Source: Macrostomum lignano (Eukaryota). From it: 64,000 nt of DNA. Both the position numbers and the translations under genes were made by a program. Below, in pieces: positions 55,401-64,000 of the stretch (within the stretch, counting starts at the first letter, position 1; every line of letters starts with the position of its first letter). Under the pieces are notes generated by a model. The model searched no databases, was not told the DNA's origin, and saw nothing but the letters and a program-made list of their open reading frames with translations. The stretch covers positions 62,001 through 126,000 of the forward strand of contig NIVC01001913.1 in assembly GCA_002269645.1 (NCBI GenBank), read 5' to 3'.

Positions 55401-58400
55401 CCAGCCTTGTCTACTCTCTCCCACTCTTGTCTACTCTCTCCCAGTCTTGTCTACTCACTTCCAGCCTTGTCTACTCTCTCCCACTCTTGTCTACTCTCTC
55501 CCAGCCTTGTCTACTCACTCCCAGTCTTATCTACTCTCTCCCAGCCTTGTCTACTCACTTCCAGCCTTGTCTACTCTCTCCCAGCCTTGTCTACTAACTT
55601 CCAGCCTTGTCTACTCTCTCCCACTCTTGTCTACTCTCTCCCAGCCTTGTCTACTCACTCCCAGTCTTATTTACTCTCTCCCAGTCTTATCTACTCCCTC
55701 CCACTCTTGTCTACTCTCTCCCAGCCTTGTCTACTCACTTCCAGCCTTCTCTACTCTCTCCCAGCCTTGTCTACTCTCTCCCAGCCTTGTCTACTCACTT
55801 CCAGCCTTGTCTACTCTCTCCCACTCTTGTCTACTCTCTCCCAGCCTTGTCTACTCACTCCCAGTCTTATCTACTCTCTCCCAGCCTTGTCTACTCTCTC
55901 CCAGCCTTGTCTACTCTCTCCCAGCCTTGTCTACTAACTTCCAGCCTTGTCTACTCTCTCCCACTCTTGTCTACTCTCTCCCAGCCTTGTCTACTCACTC
56001 CCAGTCTTATCTACTCTCTCCCAGTCTTATCTACTCTCTCCCACTCTTGTCTACTCTCTCCCAGCCTTGTCTACTCACTTCCAGCCTTGTCTACTCTCTC
56101 CCAGCCTTGTCTACTCTCTCCCAGCCTTGTCTACTCACTTCCAGCCTTGTCTACTCTCTCCCACTCTTGTCTACTCTCTCCCAGCCTTGTCTACTCTCTC
56201 CCAGCCTTGTCTACTCTCTCCCAGCCTTGTCTACTAACTTCCAGCCTTGTCTACTCTCTCCCACTCTTGTCTACTCTCTCCCAGTCTTGTCTACTCACTT
56301 CCAGCCTTGTCTACTCTCTCCCAGCCTTGTTTACTCTCTCCCAGCCTTGTCTACTCACTTCCAGCCTTTTCTACTCTCTCCCAGCCTTGTCTACTCTCCC
56401 CCAGCCTTGTCTACTCACTTCCAGCCTTGTGTACTCTCTCCCACTCTTGTCTACTCTCTCCCAGCCTTGTCTACTCACTCCCAGTCTTATCTACTCTCTC
56501 CCAGCCTTGTCTACTCACTTCCAGCCTTGTCTACTCTCTCCCAGCCTTGTCTACTCACTTCCAGCCTTGTCTACTCTCTCCCAGCCTTGTCTACTAACTT
56601 CCAGCCTTGTCTACTCTCTCCCACTCTTGTCTACTCTCTCCCAGCCTTGTCTACTCACTCCCAGTCTTATTTACTCTCTCCCAGTCTTATCTACTCCCTC
56701 CCACTCTTGTCTACTCTCTCCCAGCCTTGTCTACTCACTTCCAGCCTTCTCTACTCTCTCCCAGCCTTGTCTACTCTCCCCCAGCCTTGTCTACTCACTT
56801 CCAGCCTTGTGTACTCTCTCCCACTCTTGTCTACTCTCTCCCAGCCTTGTCTACTCACTCCCAGTCTTATCTACTCTCTCCCAGCCTTGTCTACTCACTT
56901 CCAGCCTTGTCTACTCTCTCCCAGCCTTGTCTACTCACTTCCAGCCTTGTCTACTCTCTCCCAGTCTTGTCTACTCACTCCCAGTCTTGTCTACTCACTC
57001 CCAGTCTTGTCTACTCTCTCCCAGTCTTGTCTACTCACTCCCAGTCTTGTCTACTCTCCCCCAGCCTTGTCTACTCACTTCCAGCCTTGTCTACTCTCTC
57101 CCACTCTTGTCTACTCTCTCCCAGTCTTATCTACTCTCTCCCACTCTTGTCTACTCTCTCCCAGCCTTGTCTACTCACTTCCAGCCTTGTCTACTCTCTC
57201 CCAGCCTTGTCTACTAACTTCCAGCCTTGTCTACTCTCTCCCACTCTTGTCTACTCTCTCCCAGCCTTGTCTACTCACTTCCAGCCTTGTCTACTCTCTC
57301 CCAGCCTTGTCTACTCTCTCCCAGCCTTGTCTACTCACTTCCAGCCTTGTCTACTCTCTCCCACTCTTATCTACTCTCTCCCAGCCTTGTCTACTCTCTC
57401 CCAGCCTTGTCTACTCTCTCCCAGCCTTGTCTACTAACTTCCAGCCTTGTCTACTCTCTCCCACTCTTGTCTACTCTCTCCCAGCCTTGTCTACTCACTT
57501 CCAGCCTTGTCTACTCTCTCCCAGCCTTGTCTACTCTCTCCCAGCCTTGTCTACTCACTTCCAGCCTTGTCTACTCTCTCCCACTCTTGTCTACTCTCTC
57601 CCACTCTTGTCTACTCTCTCCCAGTCTTATCTACTCTCTCCCACTCTTGTCTACTCTCTCCCAGCCTTGTCTACTCACTTCCAGCCTTGTCTACTCTCTC
57701 CCAGCCTTGTCTACTAACTTCCAGCCTTGTCTACTCTCTCCCACTCTTGTCTACTCTCTCCCAGCCTTGTCTACTCACTTCCAGCCTTGTCTACTCTCTC
57801 CCAGCCTTGTCTACTCTCTCCCAGCCTTGTCTACTCACTTCCAGCCTTGTCTACTCTCTCCCACTCTTATCTACTCTCTCCCAGCCTTGTCTACTCTCTC
57901 CCAGCCTTGTCTACTCTCTCCCAGCCTTGTCTACTAACTTCCAGCCTTGTCTACTCTCTCCCACTCTTGTCTACTCTCTCCCAGCCTTGTCTACTCACTT
58001 CCAGCCTTGTCTACTCTCTCCCAGCCTTGTCTACTCTCTCCCAGCCTTGTCTACTCACTTCCAGCCTTGTCTACTCTCTCCCACTCTTATCTACTCTCTC
58101 CCAGCCTTGTCTACTCTCTCCCAGCCTTGTCTACTCTCTCCCAGCCTTGTCTACTAACTTCCAGCCTTGTCTACTCTCTCCCACTCTTGTCTACTCTCTC
58201 CCAGCCTTGTCTACTCACTCCCAGTCTTATCTACTCTCTCCCAGTCTTATCTACTCTCTCCCACTCTTGTCTACTCTCTCCCAGCCTTGTCTACTAACTT
58301 CCAGCCTTGTCTACTCTCTCCCACTCTTGTCTACTCTCTCCCAGTCTTGTCTACTCTCTCCCAGTCTTGTCTACTCACTCCCAGCCTTGTCTACTCACTT

Positions 58401-61400
58401 CCAGCCTTGTCTACTCTCTCCCAGCCTTGTCTACTCACTTCCAGCCTTGTCTACTCTCTCCCAGCCTTGTCTACTCACTTCCAGCCTTGTCTACTCACTC
58501 CCAGTCTTGTCTACTCACTCCCAGTCTTGTCTACTCACTCCCAGTCTTGTCTACTCTCTCCCAGTCTTGTCTACTCACTCCCAGTCTTGTCTACTCTCCC
58601 CCAGCCTTGTCTACTCACTTCCAGCCTTGTCTACTCTCTCCCACTCTTGTCTACTCTCTCCCAGCCTTGTCTACTCACTCCCAGTCTTATCTACTCTCTC
58701 CCAGTCTTATCTACTCTCTCCCAGTCTTATCTACTCTCTCCCAGTCTTGTCTACTCACTCCCAGTCTTATCTACTCTCTCTCAGTCTTATCTACTCTCTC
58801 CCATTCTTGTCTACTCTCTCCCAGCCTTGTCTACTCACTTCCAGCCTTGTCTACTCTCTCCCAGCCTTGTCTACTCACTCCCAGCCTTGTCTACTTACTT
58901 CCAGCCTTGTCTACTCACTCCCAGCCTTGTCTACTAACTTCCAGCCTTGTCTACTCTCTCCCAGCCTTGTCTACTCTCTCCCAGCCTTGTCTACTCACTT
59001 CCAGCCTTGTCTACTCACTCCCAGTCTTGTCTACTCTCTCCCAGTCTTGTCTACTCTCTCCCAGTCTTGTCTACTCACTCCCAGTCTTGTCTACTAACTC
59101 CCAGTCTTGTCTACTCTCTCCCAGTCTTGTCTACTCTCTCCCAGTCTTGTCTACTCACTCCCAGTCTTATCTCTCTCACTCTAATCTACTCTCTCCCTCT
59201 CTTGTCTATTCTCATCATTTTTATCTACTCTTTCTCACCATTCTCTCCTCCTTTTCCATCTCATCTCTTCCTTTCGTACTCTGTACGAGTCTACCTTGCT
59301 CCACTCGCTATCCAGCACTGCCCAGTGTGAAAGCATCCCCCGCGTGCTCACCTTGCTGCAGCAGTGAGCTGGCCGCGAACCACAGACTGTTGTGCAGAGA
59401 GAACACGTTCTCTTCCACAGGTCTGCAGGCGCTCCTGGTGAACCACTCGTACGGGCTCAGCCGCGCCACGATGAACACAAAGACGGTGAAGACGGCCAGA
59501 GCCAGCAGGGTGTACAGCCACACGTCTCTGTCGAACGGATTGAGAAACTGGAACAAATCCGCCGGGACCTCAGTGCGCTTCATCAGCACGGCCAGGCCGA
59601 GGCCCATGAATGGCGTGGTGAAGTCAATTACCTGCGTGGGAGAATTTCATGTACACGTAAATCAAACCAAGGACCATAAGGGATGTAAAGGGGCAAAGTA
59701 GTTCAAGGCCGCTGCACTTGCAGACCGTGCAGATTTCCAGTTCTTCAGCACTGAATCCCCAATTTCTCACCTGCTGGACTTCCGAATTGCAAATGCAGCC
59801 AGCAGGTGTTTTGTCCGAGCTGCGCTCACAAGTTTATCAAGCTGCTTTTTCATGAACTGCTGCCGGAGACCGGCAAGCAAGCAAAGTTGCGGCGAAATTG
59901 CAGCCGCTCCTGCCTCTGCAGTGTTTTGTCTGGACGGATTTGTCTATGGCCAAACCCCACTCAAAGCAGAACTGCAAAATCCCTTTAGAAAACACAAGTG
60001 TTTCTTCTGATCTTTGCCGCTCTCTAATAATACATTTTCAAACTTTTTAAAAACGAAATTGTCGACGCAGCTCGGACAAAACACCTGCTGGCTGCATTTG
60101 CAATTTGGAAGTCCAGCAGGTGAGATATTGGGTATTTAGTGCTGAAATACTGAAAACTTCCCATCTCGCCAATGCGAGAAAGATATCAGTGGTGCGTTCA
60201 TATATAGACAACGCCAACACCCCATCCTCGCTGACTAACAGGAGACATGCTACACAAGGACGCCATGCAGGGCCCCCATTTTGTAGTAGAATTAGTGAAC
60301 GAATTAGTGAAATGCGCCAAGGACATGGAACGATTTCCCTTCTTCAGAAACGACACAACAGTCACATGAGTGCTTCATTCTCTTCTTCTAGCAGCAGGTC
60401 CCTCGATTGAGCCGATTGAGCCCTGTTGTCCCCAAAGGCCCGCTGAAGTCCCTCACCCGCTCCCTCTCGTAGGTGACGCTGAACGGCCCGACAGCGACGT
60501 CTGCATTCCCGGCCATGACCTCCCCAACCATGCCGCTCCATTTTTCCACTCCGGTAGCCGACGTGGAAATCCGAATTCCCGGCGTCCCGTCCGGCGCCCC
60601 GTAGATCCGGTAGTCCAGCCCGTTGATGTCGGCCACACGGGTGAACAGGTCGATGGCCAGGCCGAACCACCGGTCATTGCCGTACACCGGCTGGCCGCGG
60701 CTGTCGCGGGTTCTGTACATCACAAACGGAGGATACTCGGCCGTCACCACCGACAGGTTGCGGTGCCGGATCCAGTCTAGCTGTACGGTCGAGTGGCGAG
60801 AGTCGGCCGCGCTGGCGTTTCGCGTCGGCTGGAAGCCGCGGTCGAAACTCCAGGTGGCGAACTGAGGTGAAACGAGTTTAATTATAGGATCGCTTAGCTT
60901 TCATTGGCTCAATGGCCTCGTTCCACTAACCGCCTCACTCCGCCAACCACCTCACTTTGCCAACCACCTCACTCCGCCAACCACAACACTCCGCCAACCA
61001 CCTCACTCCGCCACCCACCTCACTTTGCCAACCACCTCACTCCGCCACCCACCTCACTCAGCCAATCACCTTAATCCCTAATCAAAACTTAGTTCTCAAT
61101 TTCTAAAACTGTAGGAAGTGCTTGTGCGCTCGTGGTATTTACTATCCAAACTGATTGCATTTTCAATAGCATTTTAATGCGCATAACTGGAGTAACCCTT
61201 CATCTCGTTGAGGCGCATCACCAATCAATATCGATCTAGGCTTACCTGACACACTGTTTATCGAATTCAATAAGGCAGATTTTCAATAATTTCACGCAGG
61301 TACGAGCGTAAAGTATTACACAAGGAGACACTCTCATTCCCAGCGACTCAAATGGCAAACTCATGTTATCCGCCCGACTACATCAGCCTGTTCCAGCTTC

Positions 61401-63679
61401 TCTCTGCCTCATCGGCTCTCACCGGATTCATGGAGTCCGGATCCAAGTGCAGAAACTGGAAGCTGAAGTTGACATGCCAGCTGCCGGCAATCCGCAGGCT
61501 ACCCAGAGATTGGTAGATTTCAGTCTGCAACAAATTCAATAGATTGATTTCAGAGCTTGAGAGGCCTGTGAGAATTTAAGCAAACACTTCAAAGGTACGG
61601 CTAGCAAGGTCAAATTGTAAATTTTGCAGTGCTGCTAACACTGCTTTTGTTTAGCCTATGCAAATAGCTGGTGTATCAAGCAAATAGAAATTTCATTTTC
61701 TAGCCCAAGGGTGAAATTCTTGATTTAAAGATACCAGTGCATATCGCAGAATCAAAATAAGGAATTCAAGCTTATGATTTGTTAGGGTCACCGTCTTTCA
61801 TCTCGAGATCTTCTCGAGTCATTCTTCTCCCTTCTAAAAATCATTTTGAGCTAATGGATAGCTTCTCAAAATCATTTTGAGTCATTCTTCTTCCTACTTA
61901 AAATCATTTTGAGTCATTCTTCTTCCTACTTAAAATCATTTTGAGTCATTCTTCTTCCTACTTAAAATCATTTTGAGTCATCGGCTTTTCTCATGATCCT
62001 CTGACTGCCGCCACCCACTCCCCACCCGAGAGTTGCCCCCCCCAGCTCCCTCACAACGATCCGGTCCCTCAAGCCGGCTGCTGCCAGTCTCTCGACACCG
62101 CAGCCGCCGCCGCGTAGTAGAGCGGCCGAGTCGGCCATAGCTGGGCCGCCCGCCTCTGCCGCCAGGCTATTCAGCGCCTCGCTGATCAGCGCCTGCCCAC
62201 GTTGCCACCGTTGAAGCTCGGACTGCAAGCCAGAATGGCACAGCCTGCTCCCAGTTACTGGCAAGGTCAACTTTCGTACTTGAACTAATCGATCTTCGAT
62301 CGCAAATACTCACGGAGAATCCGGAGCCCGGTTCTAGCGGCACTGCGTCAACTATTGTTGCATTAACGCCCGACAGCATGTGCTGGGCTATGTGGCTTCG
62401 GTAGTAGCTCACGTTTACCTGTTGGAATTGATTTTGAGGGAGGTGGTTGGCGGAGTGAGGTGGTTGGCAGAGTGAGGTGGTTGTTGGAGTGAGGTGGTTG
62501 GCGGAGTGAGGTGGTGGCTGAGTAAGGTGGTGGCTGAGTGAGGTGGTGGCTGAGTGAGGTGGTGGCTGAGTGAGGTGGTGGCTGAGTGAGGTGGTGGCTG
62601 AGTGAGGTGGTGGCTGAGTGAGGTGGTGGCTGAGTGAGGTGGTGGCTGAGTGAGGTGGTTGGCGGAGTGAGGTGGTTGGCAGAGTGAGGTGGTTGGCGGA
62701 GTGAGGTGGTTGGCGGAGTGAGGTGGTGGCGGAGTGAGGTGGTTGGCGGAGTGAGGTGGTGGCGGAGTGAGGTGGTGGCGGAGTGAGGTGGTTGTTGGAG
62801 TGAGGTGGTGGCTGAGTGAGATGGTTGTTGGAGTGAGGTGGTTGGCTGAGTGGGCGGTTAAAAGGTTGATGCTGCCTGCGGTGTCAAATGACCCGTAAAG
62901 CTTACCGACCCGATGTACAAGTAGCTGTACTGCGGTCCAGTACACCTGGCGATTTCAGCCTGTCAAAGTGAATTTATTATTCGCAATAAATTATAAATTA
63001 TTTATTGAAATATACTGTCTCGTTAATCATAATTGACCATTCGGCGAAATATACAACTAGTCTAATCATATCATTTGACAACCTACTAGGGATAGAATAT
63101 CCCGGAAGTTCCTGTCCGAAGCATCCACCAGGATATTGTTCAGATTGGCGTCCTTGATCCAGCGTAGCGCGCTGAGCGTCTCGTTCCGTTTGGCCGGGTT
63201 GTAAAGGCGAAAATAGACAGGTCTATAAGCTCTGTTTAGCAGGGTGACGTACTTGGCCAGGTCTGCGGGGTTAGATTCATGCAGAGGTTGGAGAAGTTAA
63301 GCAAAGTTGGGCGCGGTTAGTAAAAGTATGTGACTCAATAAATAATGCTCGTCGAACTAAAATTGAGACAGGCACATTTGATTACCGAGGCTGCTCACCA
63401 GCGGCAACTCACCCGCATTGAAATCGTGCAGCACCACAAATGAAGTCCATTCCAGCCAGCCAACAGCTTGGCTGAGCAGTTCCCCTAGCAACAGTTGGCT
63501 GGGATAGAACTCCACAGAGTTGCCGCTCCACTCTGCCGGCAGGCGTTCGAGCTGCGGCGATGCTGACGTAAGGATGCACGACAGGCCGCCGCGGCTGCAG
63601 GCCTGGCGAGTGGCCGGATGGTGGCCGGACACCAACAGTGACAGAGGCATTGCCGACGGGTTGGAGAGCTCGGTGCACA
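52409..63679 (-). CDS. Ionotropic glutamate receptor subunit (non-NMDA, with amino-terminal domain); 5' exon(s) beyond the right edge
   Basis: Exons 63679-63413, 63262-63087, 62959-62906, 62418-62314, 62270-62055, 61524-61423, 60861-60457, 59631-59352, 54571-54357, 53856-53619, 52719-52409. Motifs: S1 EYPPFVM...WSGMVGEV...ADVAVGPFSVTYERERVIDFTTPFM, M2 SLWFAASSLLQQG, M3 SSYTANLAAFLT, S2 VLESP...CELTQVG, and M4. Confidence 0.92.
52905..53480. repeat. 8-bp-based satellite (accctcca/accctcga) with larger repeated blocks
   Basis: Fills much of the last iGluR intron. Confidence 0.9.
53965..54275. repeat. 17-bp minisatellite (cctcactcattcac(c/t)ca)
   Basis: Directly visible. Confidence 0.9.
54670..59175. 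repeat. 20-bp satellite (ccagccttgtctactctctc), ~225 copies with higher-order structure
   Basis: Strict 20-bp register over ~4.5 kb. Confidence 0.97.
59700..59960 (-). mobile_element. Inverted copy of the 42370-42725 repeat (without the 47-bp insert)
   Basis: Near-identical in reverse complement; ends ttgtctatggccaaacccc. Confidence 0.7.
60928..61065. repeat. 17-bp minisatellite (ccacctcactccgccaa)
   Basis: Reverse complement of the array at 62443-62850. Confidence 0.88.
61840..61980. repeat. 32-bp tandem repeat (~4 copies)
   Basis: Unit tcattcttcttcctacttaaaatcattttgag. Confidence 0.85.
62443..62850. repeat. 16-17-bp minisatellite (gaggtggttggcggagt / gaggtggtggctgagt)
   Basis: Directly visible. 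Confidence 0.9.
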
Positions 63680-63789
63680 CTGCCGGGTGGTTTTGAGGAG
63701 GAAGGGGGCACCGGATGGCGCGAAAGCTTGGGGAATTGGGGACTAAGTGCAGGGGAATTGGGACACAAATCTTTGGGGAATGGGAAATT

Positions 63790-64000
63790 AATCTTGGGGT
63801 ATTGGGACACTAAGCTTGGGGGTATTAGGACACTAAGCTTGGGGGGTATTGGGACACTAAGCTTGAGGGTATTGGGACACTAAGCTTGGGGTATTGGGAC
63901 AGTAAGCTTGGGGGTATTGGGACACTAAGCTTGGGGGTATTGGGACACTAAGCTTGGGGGTATTGGGACACTAAGCTTGGGGTATTGGGACACTAATCTT
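63790..64000. repeat. ~23-bp minisatellite (gggggtattgggacactaagctt), runs off the window edge
   Basis: Directly visible. Confidence 0.88.

Noticed and set aside
54576-59701. Very long Leu/Ser/Pro-rich ORFs (up to 776 aa)
   Set aside because: They are translations of the 20-bp satellite on the strand opposite the iGluR, inside an intron, with no unique sequence.

Overview
Eukaryotic (metazoan) genomic DNA. The style (GC-rich exons, short AT-rich introns, a different minisatellite in almost every long intron) suggests a free-living flatworm such as Macrostomum; this is inference only. Six host genes can be built by hand with phase-consistent splice sites. They are TM9SF4 (5' end, minus strand), an intronless multi-zinc-finger protein (+), Hillarin/LTD-1-like LIM + transglutaminase-like protein (-, 7 exons), a RING-less B-box/coiled-coil/NHL protein (+, 3 exons), an Sds22-like LRR protein (-, 12 exons) and a non-NMDA ionotropic glutamate receptor (-, at least 11 exons, 5' end outside the window). 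Mobile DNA is abundant: a complete Chapaev-type element whose single ~680-codon RAG1/Transib-related transposase has two premature stops, a Merlin pseudogene, a non-autonomous Helitron, Tc1, piggyBac and THAP/P-element derivatives, MITEs and tRNA-derived SINEs. The most notable observations are (1) the RAG1-like transposase with CAC termini and 4-bp TSD, (2) an apparent histone H3 tail mimic (K9- and K27-like motifs) in the zinc-finger protein, (3) bounded domains of C>T/G>A hypermutation upstream of genes, including CpG>TpA double hits, and (4) inverted satellite arrays flanking a frame-preserving three-exon cassette of the glutamate receptor. Array boundaries and copy numbers are manual estimates.
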